NCBI GenBank assembly: GCA_965140415.1
Contig: OZ223209.1
Span: 3,424,001 to 3,488,000, forward strand
DNA from: Myxococcota bacterium
Lineage (GTDB): Bacteria > Myxococcota_A > SURF-8
Direction of reading: 5' to 3'
Length of the DNA stretch: 64,000 nt
In this document: one piece after another, positions 44,330-55,330 of the stretch
Layout: each line of letters begins with the position of its first letter
How positions within the stretch are numbered: the first letter of the stretch is position 1
Program-made: the position numbers and the translations under genes
Notes under the pieces: generated by a model
What the model was told of the DNA's origin: nothing
Database searches by the model: none
What the model saw: the letters and a program-made list of their open reading frames with translations, nothing else

Positions 44330-45378
44330 GATCGAGCCTTTCCCTGTCCGAAGCGCTTCGGTTTGATCAAGCGGTCAATCAACGGCGTGAAACAGTTCAT
44401 TAAAAGGATGGAATAACACACGCCTTCCGGGTAGCCTCCGTAGCGGCGAATCAGCCAGACCAGAAATCCTGCACCTAAAGCGAAAATGATCTGACCTTTT
44501 CTCGTAATCGGCGTCGTTACGTAATCGGTGATCATGTAAAATGCACCGATAATCAACCCGCCGCTTAAAATCGCGAATATGGGATCGCCGCTAAACCAAC
44601 CGGCGTCACCGGAAAATGCCCAACTGAGCAGCCCGACTGTGCCGATGTAAATCACCGGACCTTCCCAGCTGATGTAGCGCCGAACAAGCAGATAAGCTCC
44701 ACCCAGTATGATTAAAAGAGCCGACACTTCACCGATACAGCCATTGATGTTCCCGGAAAACAGCCTCCAGTATAGCTCTCCACCGCTACCGAAACTCGCC
44801 TGAACGGCTCCATATCCTTCCTCTGCCAGCACACCGAGCGGTGTCGCTGTGGTCATGCCGTCTACGGCATTCGCCGCATGACTGGCGGTGGCGCTCCAGG
44901 TGGTCATCTGCACCGGGAAAGAAGCCAGTAAAAACGCGCGCCCGATGTGCGCCGGATTGAAGACGTTCTGGCCCAACCCACCGAATGTCTGCTTTGCAAC
45001 GGCAACAGCGAAAGCCGATCCAAGCGCCATCATCCAGAAAGGCAGCGTGACGGGAACACAAAACACGAGCAACAAACCGGTTAAAAACGCACTGCCATCG
45101 AATGCCGTCACCGGCACCTTGCGCCATTTCTGGATCAGGTACTCAGTCAACACCGCACTGCCACATCCGACGAGGATCATGACCAGCGCCCGCCAGCCAA
45201 ACATGTAGATGGCCCACAGCGCCACAGGAGCCAGGCTCAAGCAGACGTGCCACATGATTTTCTGAACGGATTCGTCCGAGTGCAAATGCGGAGAGGAAGA
45301 AACCGTCAACCAATCCGGCAACACCAAACCCACTTTTTTTTCGTTCGCCGTTTGAACGTCACTCATTCCATGCACCAC
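44326..45378 (-). CDS. rnfD: Rnf complex subunit D
   Basis: SSSPH, KQTFGGLGQNVFNPA, FMN site TTATPL, TDYVTTP, GGYPEG. Confidence 0.95.
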   Translation of the reverse strand: MVHGMSDVQTANEKKVGLVLPDWLTVSSSPHLHSDESVQKIMWHVCLSLAPVALWAIYMFGWRALVMILVGCGSAVLTEYLIQKWRKVPVTAFDGSAFLTGLLLVFCVPVTLPFWMMALGSAFAVAVAKQTFGGLGQNVFNPAHIGRAFLLASFPVQMTTWSATASHAANAVDGMTTATPLGVLAEEGYGAVQASFGSGGELYWRLFSGNINGCIGEVSALLIILGGAYLLVRRYISWEGPVIYIGTVGLLSWAFSGDAGWFSGDPIFAILSGGLIIGAFYMITDYVTTPITRKGQIIFALGAGFLVWLIRRYGGYPEGVCYSILLMNCFTPLIDRLIKPKRFGQGKARS

Positions 45379-45409
45379 CCTTATTCAAAATCTTAGCTTA
45401 TCGATGTCT

Positions 45410-46729
45410 TCAGTTTTTGCTCATTCGGTCGCGAATCACAACCTTGGCCGCTCGTATCGTCTGCACCATCGGTCGATGCGCCGGGCACGCAAAGGTACAG
45501 CAGCCACATTCCACGCAATCCAATGCATGGGCATCCTGCGCTGCACCGAAATCCCCTTTCAACGCATATTCCGTTATTTCCGTGGGAGCCAGGCCCATCG
45601 GACAGGCTTCCAGGCAACGCCCGCACCGAATACAAGCCTGCATCGGCACCGGCCGCGCCTGCTCGACACTCATGCAGATCACACCGTTTGTGGCCTTCAC
45701 GACCGGAGAATCAAGCGTATATTGAGCGATACCCATCATGGGGCCGCCCATCACGATTTTCCCTGGCGTTTCACTGAATCCGCCGCAATGCTCGATCAGA
45801 TCTTCAATCCGCGTTCCTAATAAGACACGAAGGTTCTTTGGAGTTTGTACGCAAGATCCCGTAACAGTGACAATCGATTCGATCAATGGCTGGTTGTGCT
45901 GAATCGCATTGGCAACGGCAATCGCCGTAAACGAATTCTGAACGAGCACACCGACTTCCAAAGGAAGTTTTCCTGCTGGCAGGTGGCGATCTAAAATCGC
46001 GTGAATCAGGGATCGTTCCGCCCCCTGCGGGTAACGAGCGGGAAGTTCCGCCACGTCTAAGCCATCTTCGCTTGCCAGTCGCTCTTTCAGTAACTTGATG
46101 ATATCCGGCTTATTGTTTTCAATACCGATCACCGCTTTCTGCGCGCCAACCGCCTTGACGATCAAGCGTATACCAACAATCATTTCTTCATACATTTCGC
46201 GCATGGCAACATGATCGGCAGTCGTATACGGTTCACATTCCGCACCGTTGATCAACACCGTATCGATTGGCTTATCCGGAGGCGGTGATAACTTGACGTG
46301 AGTGGGAAACGTTGCGCCGCCCATACCCACGACTCCGCATTGGCGAACGATTTCCCGGATTTCCGCCGGTTCAACATCATACCAGTCCCGTTCGATCAGC
46401 AAGTCAGGAAGCCAATCGTCCTCGCCATCCACATCCAACACCACAGATAGCCCTCGCCCCAAGATAGAGTGCGGACGCTTTTCAACAGCAACAACCTTAC
46501 CGGAGGTAGGAGCATGAACGGGAACGGACACATATCCTCCCGCTTCCGCTAAAATCTGTCCTTTTTTAACCAGATCGCCTTTGTTTACAACGACATTGGC
46601 CGGTGCTCCCAAATGCTGCTGAATGGATACGATTAGTTGACGGGGCAAAGGAACCGGCTCAATCGCTTTCCGGTCGGTGAAGTGCTTGTAATGAGCAACC
46701 TGCACGCCCCCTCTAAAACGGAACACCAT
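45410..46729 (-). CDS. rnfC: Rnf complex subunit C
   Basis: QHLGAPA, HAPTSG, GMGGATFPTHVK, NGAECEPY, YPQGAE, GGPMMG, two CxxCxxCxxxCP. Confidence 0.96.
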   Translation of the reverse strand: MVFRFRGGVQVAHYKHFTDRKAIEPVPLPRQLIVSIQQHLGAPANVVVNKGDLVKKGQILAEAGGYVSVPVHAPTSGKVVAVEKRPHSILGRGLSVVLDVDGEDDWLPDLLIERDWYDVEPAEIREIVRQCGVVGMGGATFPTHVKLSPPPDKPIDTVLINGAECEPYTTADHVAMREMYEEMIVGIRLIVKAVGAQKAVIGIENNKPDIIKLLKERLASEDGLDVAELPARYPQGAERSLIHAILDRHLPAGKLPLEVGVLVQNSFTAIAVANAIQHNQPLIESIVTVTGSCVQTPKNLRVLLGTRIEDLIEHCGGFSETPGKIVMGGPMMGIAQYTLDSPVVKATNGVICMSVEQARPVPMQACIRCGRCLEACPMGLAPTEITEYALKGDFGAAQDAHALDCVECGCCTFACPAHRPMVQTIRAAKVVIRDRMSKN

Positions 46730-46909
46730 CTGTACACCTCTCGTTCTTAGTGACTCGCGGACAATAAGCCCCTTAGCACATCGTTCGGCATAACTTCACG
46801 GGTACCGGTTCAGAAGAACAAATTACATAGTTATTTAAATTACTATTTACGTCTATTCAGGAAAATTGTACAGCAATATTTCCTATCTGATTACTATATT
46901 GTCATATAT

Positions 46910-48091
46910 TCACGGACTAATGGGTTGATAATAAGCTGTAAACCCCTCCGTCAACACTCGCCGTATGCCACCAGGGCGAGCATCGTCTTTAATGAGAAAC
47001 ATCACTTCAATATCGTTCTTCCGAGCAAATTCAATGCCCTTTTCTGCCCCAAGCACAGCTAGCGCCGTCGCCCAGGCATCCGCTTTCGCATTTGCGTAGC
47101 GGTCTTTCACCGCAATAACAGTTACACCCAACACATCCGTCGAGATCGGCTGACCGGTCTTGGGATCGAAAATGTGATAGTAGGTTTGCTCCCCGATTTG
47201 GATTGGCTGCCGATAGTTTCCACTGGTCGATATCGCAATTTCACGTTCGCTTTGTATGGCACCATCCATCGCCTGCATATCCACGGGGTGCTGCACACCG
47301 ATGCGCCAGCCGACTTCATCGGCATTAAGCCCCCAGATGCGAGTTTCACCACCACACTGCACCAAAGCCTGTGTGATTCCTTCCTTTTTCAAATCGGCAG
47401 TAATCCAGTCGACGGCCAGTCCTTTGACGAACCCGCCGAAATCGAACTGTAATTCATTAACCTGTTTTTTGATTGAAGGGGGCGAATCCGTAAAAGTTAC
47501 CTTTCCCATCCCGACATGCTGCGCCTGCTCCAACAGTTCTTTACCATTAGGAAGGATTCCGGTCTTTTTCGCCTGGTTCCACACTTTCTTAAATGGCCAC
47601 ACGGTTGGATCGAAGGCTCCGCCCGTCTTCTCATACATCTCCGAGGCGAGTTTCAACGCGATCAGCATATCCTGAGAAACGGTCAAAGGCTCCAAACTCG
47701 TTTGTTGATTCAGTTTCCCCAATTCGGAGGAATCGCTGAAAGCATTGAATTCTGCATTTACCCGTTCGAATACGGAAGAAACGACTTCCTTCAGATGTTG
47801 TCCCTGTTGCTCGACGGAGAGTTCGTTCTGCCGGATAGCGAATTTGATATTCACCGGGATGCCATGAAACACGACCAGTTTCTGCTCGAACCATCGAAGA
47901 CGTATTTGTTCATTTTTCGCAGGATTATCGGAATTTTGGGGAGACTCGGAAAAATCACAACCCGGCATAAACAGTGACATGCCGAGCATCAGCAAGCATA
48001 ATGCCAAGGCGAGATGAATCGCTGGAAGAAGCACACGAACATTTCGCATTTCGAATTCAACGCTCCCGACAAGTCGAATCAGGACAAACAC
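46910..48091 (-). CDS. apbE: FAD:protein FMN transferase (ApbE) lipoprotein
   Basis: SELGKLN, GAFDPTV, DFGGFVKG, GGE, WRIGVQHP, STSGNY, HIFDPKTG, ADAWATAL. Start uncertain (may be about 48049 or later). Confidence 0.92.
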   Translation of the reverse strand: MFVLIRLVGSVEFEMRNVRVLLPAIHLALALCLLMLGMSLFMPGCDFSESPQNSDNPAKNEQIRLRWFEQKLVVFHGIPVNIKFAIRQNELSVEQQGQHLKEVVSSVFERVNAEFNAFSDSSELGKLNQQTSLEPLTVSQDMLIALKLASEMYEKTGGAFDPTVWPFKKVWNQAKKTGILPNGKELLEQAQHVGMGKVTFTDSPPSIKKQVNELQFDFGGFVKGLAVDWITADLKKEGITQALVQCGGETRIWGLNADEVGWRIGVQHPVDMQAMDGAIQSEREIAISTSGNYRQPIQIGEQTYYHIFDPKTGQPISTDVLGVTVIAVKDRYANAKADAWATALAVLGAEKGIEFARKNDIEVMFLIKDDARPGGIRRVLTEGFTAYYQPISP

Positions 48092-48259
48092 CCGAATTAT
48101 CTCTCATAATGGCATTGACCGAAGCATTCGGTGTCGCTGCCATTCGGATCAATTCCCGTTACCCATCACGAATAACTTGTTAAATAGCCCCCGGGTTTCG
48201 TTTTATTGGTGAAACCGCCGTATTCTCAATCCGGTCCGATCCTAGCGTTCGGTTGCCGG

Positions 48260-48487
48260 TCAGGCCATCTTGACTTCATCTAGATCAGGAAATTCGCTGC
48301 GTAAAATTCGTTCAACTCCCATTTTCAACGTCATTTGCGCCCCAGGACAGGTGCCACAAGCACCCATAAGACGCACGTAAACGATATCATCCTTCACTTC
48401 AACTACTTCTATGTTCCCTCCGTCCATCATGATTCCCGGACGGATTTTTTCGTTTATTACGCTTTCAACAGCTTCTCTATCCAGCAT
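48260..48487 (-). CDS. NifU-C/NfuA family Fe-S carrier
   Basis: IRP....DGGNIE, GACGTCP....TLK.GVE. Start at MLDRE after AGGAG. Confidence 0.92.
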   Translation of the reverse strand: MLDREAVESVINEKIRPGIMMDGGNIEVVEVKDDIVYVRLMGACGTCPGAQMTLKMGVERILRSEFPDLDEVKMA

Positions 48488-48573
48488 AGCCCACTCCTTG
48501 AAATGGCTTCGTTGTATTGTTAAAAGCTTTCGCTTAAACCAAGCAAAATAAGAATACTTTACTTTCTTAGACA

Positions 48574-48602
48574 AGCCTACACTGAAAACACCCCCCTGTC
48601 AA
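48574..48602 (-). promoter_or_regulatory. sigma70-type promoter for the nfuA-like gene
   Basis: Minus strand TTGACA-N17-TAGGCT with TG before the -10. Confidence 0.6.
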
Positions 48603-48683
48603 TCTTGTGACTTTCCCCTTTTCAGTGGAATTACTCCTTTTCTGGCTTTCGGAAACTCCATTTTACAGAACCAATGAATTCGC

Positions 48684-49241
48684 TCATTCGGAGAAGTAGT
48701 CCCGCCGGAACAGTTCCATCAAGATATTATCCTTCCATTCGCCATTGATTAACCGATGCTCCCGAAGGCGACCGACCTCGCAAAATCCGAGTTTTTTATA
48801 GGCGGCTTGGGCACGAAGGTTCTGTTCGAACACTTCCAATATCACCTTCCTGAAATTCAACATGTTGAATCCATATTCGAGCCATAGGCGCATGGCTTCC
48901 GTGCCATAGCCCTTGTTCCAAAAGCGTTTTTCACCAATCACGATTCCAACTTCTGCCCGTTGCTGACGATGATCAATCCCATGGTATCCCAGGTTCCCGA
49001 TCAGTTCATCCGAATCCTTCAAGCGAATCGCAACGATCATTTGTTTTTCGAGAGAAGATTGCTGAACGTTCTCGATAAAGTCCCGTTCATGCTGAAGCGT
49101 CATGGGAGCATAAGACAGCATGTACTGAATCACTTCCTGATCGTTGAACCAGCGCTGGTACTGCGCCACATCTTCATCACGCAAGGGACACAGCTTCACT
49201 CGTTTTCCTTCGAGGAACACTACGGTTTCTTCTCCAGTCAT
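48684..49241 (-). CDS. GNAT acetyltransferase, RimJ/RimL family
   Basis: LEGKRVKL.P, IGE..FWNKGYGTEA, N.RA..AYKKLGF..VGRLR. Confidence 0.88.
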   Translation of the reverse strand: MTGEETVVFLEGKRVKLCPLRDEDVAQYQRWFNDQEVIQYMLSYAPMTLQHERDFIENVQQSSLEKQMIVAIRLKDSDELIGNLGYHGIDHRQQRAEVGIVIGEKRFWNKGYGTEAMRLWLEYGFNMLNFRKVILEVFEQNLRAQAAYKKLGFCEVGRLREHRLINGEWKDNILMELFRRDYFSE

Positions 49242-49258
49242 AGTCTGTCCTATCATTA

Positions 49259-49291
49259 AAAAAAGCGCCCCCACTTAAAAGCGAGGGCGCT
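49259..49291 (-). terminator. Intrinsic terminator after the oxidoreductase trio
   Basis: AGCGCCC...GGGCGCT stem; the adjacent plus-strand A-run reads as a U-tract on the minus strand. Confidence 0.6.
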
Positions 49292-49324
49292 AGAGTTACT
49301 TGAAATTGAAGCGAATCCGCGTCC

Positions 49325-49690
49325 TCAGACCTTTGGCATACTGCGAGAGGCGATTACATCCACGCCTAAATCCAAGGCGTTTTTCATAATTATATCTCCC
49401 ATCGAAACAGGTGCTTCCAATTGAAGGGTATGCAGGGCGTTACAGACATCGACCACCTTGTCTTTCGGAATCGGTTCGCGTGTTTTAACGGGCAGTTTAG
49501 GCAACAATCCGTTTTCGACACGCACCGTTGTGGTCATCATGCGACGCGGGTCTGTATGCTCCTGCTTGGCAAAGTCGATTCCACGTTTACAGGAAAAGCC
49601 TTTCACCTTCAGCGGCTCATCGCCGTCTTCGATCACTTCCAAATGGCAGCCCATCGGGCAACCGATACACAGATAATTGGTTACTTGCAT
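49325..49690 (-). CDS. DUF1667 family small Cys-rich protein
   Basis: CIGCPMGC...G..C.RG...A..E.TDPRR..TTTV, LPVKT...IPK. Confidence 0.88.
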   Translation of the reverse strand: MQVTNYLCIGCPMGCHLEVIEDGDEPLKVKGFSCKRGIDFAKQEHTDPRRMMTTTVRVENGLLPKLPVKTREPIPKDKVVDVCNALHTLQLEAPVSMGDIIMKNALDLGVDVIASRSMPKV

Positions 49691-49700
49691 AGCAGTCTCC

Positions 49701-50963
49701 CTATCGCGGCAGGATGTCGATTTTCAACGTGTCACCCCGGAAGGTTTCCAGAATCTCCGGCGTCATTTTCAATGAGATCATTTCCGCCGGGAAAGCATAG
49801 CGCATCTTCTTTTCGTGAATGTCACCGACACGAACCACGCATTTGTCCATCGGCTTGCGCACTCGCATATAGACGTTATGCTCCCGATCGGTCGACAGCG
49901 TATGTGGCACGCAGTAACCGACGTTGTCTCCCGGCATCAAGCGGATGTTGTCCGCCGGACGACGTTTGTTCACGGCATACTCACCGGCATTCTGACCTGC
50001 CAATAGCGATTCCTGCGTAACGAAATCCACGAGATCGTGGATATGCACCACGTTGCCACAGGCGAAGATACCGTCGATGGAGGTTTCCATCGCACTCGTC
50101 ACGATCGGTCCGCCGGTGGTCGGGTCCATACGCAGATTCAATTGCCTGGACAATTCGTTTTCAGGAATCAGTCCAATTGAAAGCAGCACGCAGTCACAGT
50201 CGATATCCTGGCTTTCCTTCATATTCGGACGCATGCGCTCATCCACCGGAGCCACCGTGACTTTATTCACACGATCTTTCCCATGAATGTAGGCCACCGT
50301 GGTGGATAACTTCAACGGGATGTCATAATCATTCAAGCATTGCACGACGTTCCGGTTCAAACCGTTGGAATACGGCATGATTTCAAAAACACCGGCCACT
50401 TCGCAACCTTCCAGTGTCAAACGTCTGGCCATGATCAAACCGATATCGCCCGAACCGAGAATGACCGCTCTCTTTCCGGGAAGATAGCCCATCATGTTGA
50501 CGAATTTCTGGGCGAGCCCCGCAGTTAACACGCCAGCCGGGCGTGTTCCCGGAATGCGGATCGCGCCGCGCGTACGTTCGCGGGCGCCCATCGCCAGCAC
50601 AACTGCACCGGCTTTGATCACCCGAACGCCATACTGCGGCGAAATCAATTTTACATTCAGATCCCGGTCGATATCCAACACATAGGTATCATTGACAATA
50701 TCGACATTGTCTTCCAGAATTCGGTTTAAGAAACGTTCCGCATATTCGGGACCGGTCAGTTCTTCTTTAAAGAAGTGCAGTCCGAATCCGGGATGGATAC
50801 ACTGAAGCAGAATACCACCCGGCTCTTTTTCACGATCCACGATCAGGATTCGTTCCGCTCCGGCCTGGCGAGCCCCCATCGCCGCGCCCATACCGGCAGG
50901 ACCACCGCCCACGACCAGCACATCGTAGGAGTCTTCTATTTGTACAAGTTTCGCGTCGATCAT
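49701..50963 (-). CDS. NAD(P)/FAD-dependent oxidoreductase (pyridine nucleotide-disulfide family)
   Basis: [53 protein letters not shown]. Start at 50963 gives an ATGA overlap with the upstream gene. Confidence 0.88.
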   Translation of the reverse strand: MIDAKLVQIEDSYDVLVVGGGPAGMGAAMGARQAGAERILIVDREKEPGGILLQCIHPGFGLHFFKEELTGPEYAERFLNRILEDNVDIVNDTYVLDIDRDLNVKLISPQYGVRVIKAGAVVLAMGARERTRGAIRIPGTRPAGVLTAGLAQKFVNMMGYLPGKRAVILGSGDIGLIMARRLTLEGCEVAGVFEIMPYSNGLNRNVVQCLNDYDIPLKLSTTVAYIHGKDRVNKVTVAPVDERMRPNMKESQDIDCDCVLLSIGLIPENELSRQLNLRMDPTTGGPIVTSAMETSIDGIFACGNVVHIHDLVDFVTQESLLAGQNAGEYAVNKRRPADNIRLMPGDNVGYCVPHTLSTDREHNVYMRVRKPMDKCVVRVGDIHEKKMRYAFPAEMISLKMTPEILETFRGDTLKIDILPR

Positions 50964-52402
50964 GATGCCTGCTCCTTTCCCTGCTTGAGAACGATCCAAC
51001 TTGTTCCACCACGTTTCGTGATGTCCTCAATCGGGACCGATAACTCTCGCGAAAGGAGTTCCATGCAACGCCAGGTACAGAATCCGCCCTGGCAACGTCC
51101 CATTCCTGCACGGGTACGGAACTTGATGCCGTCCAAAGTTCGAGCCCCTGAATGGATCGCGTCCAGAATTTCCCGCTCGGTAATGCCTTCACAGCGGCAG
51201 ACCATACGACCGTAGCTTGGATCCTGAGCGATCAATTCTTCCTGCCGTTCGGTTGGCAACTGCGAGAAATGCACCGGTTTGGGGATGGAAGAGACGAAAT
51301 CGTCTTTCGCAACAAATTCCAAGCCTTCTTCGGTCAGAATCTCCACCAGCATCTTTGCGATTGCCGGAGCAGCGGTCAAACCGGGGGATTGGATGCCGGC
51401 AACATTAATGAAGCCCTTTAACGGTGTAGAACCGATAATGAAATCCTCGGTATTGGAAACCGCACGCATTCCTGCGAATTCCGCGATGCAATCGCGCTCG
51501 GAAATACCGGGCACCACTTTCTTGACCGAACCGAACACCTCGTCGGAACCTTCCAACGAAGTGGATACGTCCCCCTTGTCATCGACGAAATGGGCGGTCG
51601 GTCCGACCATGATCGTTCCGTCGAAGGTCGGAATGACGAGAATACCTTTCGATGTCGGAGTCGGACAGGGGAAAATCACACGACTCACCAAGCCATCCAA
51701 GCGCTTGTCCAGCAGGTATTCCTCGCCTTTTCGCGCCGTGATCGTAAAATCGCGCACACCGGCCATCTCGGATATCTGATCCGCATAGACTCCCGCCGCA
51801 TTGAGTACGAAGCGGGTGCGAATCAACTTCTTCTTCGTTTTTACCCACAATGCTTTGCCATCGGAAGTTTCCGAAATGCCAAGCACCGGATTCTCCACCG
51901 AAATTTCCAACCCGTTCATGCGGGCGCTTTCGATCAGCGCGAAACAGGCTTCATAGGGATTGATAACTCCCGTCGTCGGTGCATACACTGCGGCATATGC
52001 ATCTCCAGAGAGATTGGGTTCTTCTTTGCGAATCCGCTCCTTATCCCACAATTCAAGACCAGGTACGCCTTTGGCTTTGCCGTTTTTCAACAGCTTTTCC
52101 AAGGTCGGCATCTGCTCTTCGCTCATGGCGACAGTCAGTTCGCCGATGCGCTTGAAACCAAAACCGAGCTCGTCGCGCAAATCGTCCCAGAGTTGATTAC
52201 CAGCCCATTCCAACTTGCCTTTAAGCATTTCCGGCGAAGCATGATGTCCGCCATGGATAATGCCGCTGTTGGTTTTGCTGGTGCCGAAGCTGACTTCGCA
52301 TTCCTTTTCGACCAGGATGACCCGCAGTTGATATTTCATCAACTCACGAGCAATGGCGCAGCCGGTAATGCCCCCGCCCACAATCGTTACGTCATAGAGC
52401 AT
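50960..52402 (-). CDS. FAD-dependent dehydrogenase (GlpA/L-2-hydroxyglutarate oxidase-like) with C-terminal BFD-like [2Fe-2S] domain
   Basis: [52 protein letters not shown]...[10 protein letters not shown]. Confidence 0.88.
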   Translation of the reverse strand: MLYDVTIVGGGITGCAIARELMKYQLRVILVEKECEVSFGTSKTNSGIIHGGHHASPEMLKGKLEWAGNQLWDDLRDELGFGFKRIGELTVAMSEEQMPTLEKLLKNGKAKGVPGLELWDKERIRKEEPNLSGDAYAAVYAPTTGVINPYEACFALIESARMNGLEISVENPVLGISETSDGKALWVKTKKKLIRTRFVLNAAGVYADQISEMAGVRDFTITARKGEEYLLDKRLDGLVSRVIFPCPTPTSKGILVIPTFDGTIMVGPTAHFVDDKGDVSTSLEGSDEVFGSVKKVVPGISERDCIAEFAGMRAVSNTEDFIIGSTPLKGFINVAGIQSPGLTAAPAIAKMLVEILTEEGLEFVAKDDFVSSIPKPVHFSQLPTERQEELIAQDPSYGRMVCRCEGITEREILDAIHSGARTLDGIKFRTRAGMGRCQGGFCTWRCMELLSRELSVPIEDITKRGGTSWIVLKQGKEQAS

Positions 52403-52450
52403 TCTTTAGAACCTTTCCGAATCCAGTTGAACTGCCAGTGAATAGAACTA

Positions 52451-53209
52451 TTAGGTAAGAAGCGACTTTACCGCGTCAACCAGTTCAGGCAACGCGGTCG
52501 TCGTGGATCCCTGTAGAAGAACGGAATCGTAGCGATCCGTCAAGTGCGTCCGCTCCAGGTTTACTTCGATTAAAACTCCACCTGTCGAAGTCGTGATAGA
52601 CGGCAGCATGTTGGCCGGAGCAACCTGCGCGCTGGTACCGACCACAAGCATCACCTGGGCTTTTTCTGCCATATGCACCGATTTCTGATAGGCATTCGGA
52701 GGAATGGCTTCTCCGAAAAAGACCACGTCCGGTTTCAGCACTTTGCCGCATCCGCAAATCGGCGGATCGCCGAATACGCCAGTAGCAATTTCGCTTTTCC
52801 CGTAACGCTTTCCGCACCACACACAATGCAAACGTTGAGTATTGCCGTGAAACTCAACCACATACTTATTTCCAGCTTCCTGGTGCAGATTATCGATATT
52901 CTGCGTGATAACGCCTTGCAATTTCCCGAGTTTTTCCAGTTCGGCCAACGCGGTGTGCCCTGCATTGGGAATGGAACGATTGATCAGGTCGCTCATTTCA
53001 CGCAACATGACCCACACCTTCTCGGGATCTTGTTTGAATGAGGCAATGTGCGCATAAATCATCGGATCAAATCGTTCCCACAGCCCACCTTTGCTGCGAA
53101 AATCGGGAATGCCGGAATCCACAGAAAGACCGGCACCGGATAACGCAACCGTGTATTCGGATTCCGCCAATAACTTCGCAGCTTGTCGTAATGCCGATTG
53201 ATCCATCAC
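52451..53209 (-). CDS. cobB: NAD-dependent protein deacylase (sirtuin)
   Basis: SGAGLSVDSGIPDFRS, TQNIDNLH, EFHG, CxxC/CxC zinc site, KPDVVFFGE, VGTS. Confidence 0.95.
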   Translation of the reverse strand: MMDQSALRQAAKLLAESEYTVALSGAGLSVDSGIPDFRSKGGLWERFDPMIYAHIASFKQDPEKVWVMLREMSDLINRSIPNAGHTALAELEKLGKLQGVITQNIDNLHQEAGNKYVVEFHGNTQRLHCVWCGKRYGKSEIATGVFGDPPICGCGKVLKPDVVFFGEAIPPNAYQKSVHMAEKAQVMLVVGTSAQVAPANMLPSITTSTGGVLIEVNLERTHLTDRYDSVLLQGSTTTALPELVDAVKSLLT

Positions 53210-53374
53210 AATCCTTCACAATCCTTTTCGCCCTCTACGGCGATTCGAGGCATTATATATCATGATAGCCTAAACGGGTCAACAACAAGCATCGCCATCC
53301 AACCCGAATCTTTCTCATGAAGACGAACCTGCACCACCCCCCGAAACATCTTTAAATCCGGTCGGTTTCTGCGG

Positions 53375-55219
53375 CTATTTCTCCAGCGATTTCAGCCATT
53401 CCGCATAGGTTGTGGCCACCTGTTCGAAAGGCATATCCTCTGTGGAAGCGATCACCTGAGCGCCATGCACCATGCGCAACACGCAATCCAACTCGATTTC
53501 TCCGGTGAATTCCGGAACCGAATTCAGCTTCTCGATTCTGGCTTTTTGCTGCACCACGGCGTCATCGGCGGACAGGGAGACATCCTCTACCAATGCATCC
53601 ATCGAGAAGGGCTTGCCGGTCATGCGAGCAATGAAATCGATAAAACGAATCGAATTACCGGGCCGCCAGTAACCGTCGCGCATACGCGGACCGATTTCGG
53701 GATTATCCGTCAGATGGCCATACTGCTCCATGAAATAATGACGCGTCTGGGCCACACCGGCCAAAGCCAGCACATAACCGTGATAAATGCAACTCGCCTC
53801 GCCGGAAAGCAGATGCGGCACCGCCAGTGTCGGTCGCGGGCAGCGATCCAACAAGCCCAAGCGTCGTTCCACGGCGATGAATTCCTTCATCACATTTTCC
53901 GCCGTCAACTTCTCTTCCGGCATTTCGTACAACGCCTTTTCCGCATAGCAGATCATCAACAGGGAGCGCAGCATCGACACCTGGGCAGGCTGCGAAAGCC
54001 TTGTGGCTTTTTCGATGACTTCCCATGGGATGGGTTCCCCCTGTACGTTTTTCGCGTAGCGCGTCATCCAATCGGCATCATCCAGCAGCGAATCCAAGAA
54101 CATCGACTGCGTTTCGGCGAAAGCGGCGGAAGTCGGCGCGAATTCCTGGGAGAAACAGGGCGCCCCCATCAACATATTGGAGAAGTGCGCAGCATGACCA
54201 CCCTCATGAAAAAGCGTTTCGGCAGCGCGTTTACCCGATCCAATCTGTCCCGGCACGGAATTGCTGGTAAAGTTGACGCGAGCGCGCACCCTGCCCTGCT
54301 CGTCTTCGAAGGGAGCGACCGGCGCATGACAGAAACCGTTCTCGTATTTTCCTTTTCTGACCACCAAGTCCAGTTGCAACACTGCCTGATCGTAACGGAT
54401 GCCCATCGCGGCAAAGCTCTTTCCCCAACGCAGCAGTGCATCATCGAACTGCATGTAAGGGTCCAGGTCCTTTACGGCGTCACCCTGAGTATGATAACGG
54501 AAATTCCAGGGGTTAAGCGCGGCCTCTCCATGCTTTTCTTTCACGCTTTCGATAAAGCTTTCCTGTGCCTGGCGGGTACGGCTCTCCAGATCGTCGAGCA
54601 GTTCGAATAGCTTTTCTTTATTAAACCCTTCGGTTGTTGAAACTTTGTAGTCGTAATAGTCCTGGTATCCCAGCATGCGGGCCAGCTTGTTCCGCTCGCT
54701 AACGATTTTTAGAAAACCATGCTCTATGACATAGGGTTCAATGCTTTCCAACCCATGAAATGCTGCCTCGCGTTCTTCTTCATTATCCGAGGAGCCGATC
54801 TTCAGTGCCAGTTCCACCGAACTTGCCGCCTTGAAGTCTCCCGTGCTTTTATCCACATAACCGAGATCCATCTCGCCGCGCGCCAGTTGCAGCTTACTTT
54901 CCAACTCGACAATCGCTTCCGAAAGCGCCTGCGCCTCGGGTTGTTCGATAACGTTAGCTTCGAAGAACTGAATCCAGCCTGTCAGAGTTTCGGTTTGCTT
55001 TTCGTCCGCATGGCCACTTTCCAACAGGCTTCGACACAGCTTCAACCGCTGAACATCCCCCTTGAAACGATTTAACTCTCCTTCAGCCTTGTTGAACGCC
55101 TCATAGTCCTTGCTAATCCCCATCTTGGTTTCCCAGAACAACTCCTCTTTGGCGGTATGCAGCGCAAGATACTCACGATTCAATTTAACGATAGCCTGGG
55201 TGATTTCCGTTGAATTCAT
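53375..55219 (-). CDS. M3 family metallopeptidase
   Basis: RKGKYENGFCH, TLFHEGGHAAHF (HExxH), AETQS, PH...YHGY. Confidence 0.88.
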   Translation of the reverse strand: MNSTEITQAIVKLNREYLALHTAKEELFWETKMGISKDYEAFNKAEGELNRFKGDVQRLKLCRSLLESGHADEKQTETLTGWIQFFEANVIEQPEAQALSEAIVELESKLQLARGEMDLGYVDKSTGDFKAASSVELALKIGSSDNEEEREAAFHGLESIEPYVIEHGFLKIVSERNKLARMLGYQDYYDYKVSTTEGFNKEKLFELLDDLESRTRQAQESFIESVKEKHGEAALNPWNFRYHTQGDAVKDLDPYMQFDDALLRWGKSFAAMGIRYDQAVLQLDLVVRKGKYENGFCHAPVAPFEDEQGRVRARVNFTSNSVPGQIGSGKRAAETLFHEGGHAAHFSNMLMGAPCFSQEFAPTSAAFAETQSMFLDSLLDDADWMTRYAKNVQGEPIPWEVIEKATRLSQPAQVSMLRSLLMICYAEKALYEMPEEKLTAENVMKEFIAVERRLGLLDRCPRPTLAVPHLLSGEASCIYHGYVLALAGVAQTRHYFMEQYGHLTDNPEIGPRMRDGYWRPGNSIRFIDFIARMTGKPFSMDALVEDVSLSADDAVVQQKARIEKLNSVPEFTGEIELDCVLRMVHGAQVIASTEDMPFEQVATTYAEWLKSLEK

Positions 55220-55330
55220 TATAAACAACCTTTCGGGTTCATGGTTTCAAGACGACACAACATCCAACACGATTCTTCGTAGCCCAAGAACTACGACAGG
55301 TCAAGCAGCAATTCGGACTTTACCAGTCGA

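Noticed and set aside
46899-46915. Rex-like operator TTGTCATATATTCACGG upstream of rnfC
   Set aside because: Half-site spacing is one base short, there are several mismatches, and it overlaps the apbE stop in an AT-rich tract.
51590-52441. 283-aa plus-strand ORF
   Set aside because: It is antisense to the GlpA-like gene and explained by codon bias.
53465-54610. 381-aa plus-strand ORF
   Set aside because: It is fully antisense to the M3 peptidase, with shadow-ORF composition and no domain signature.
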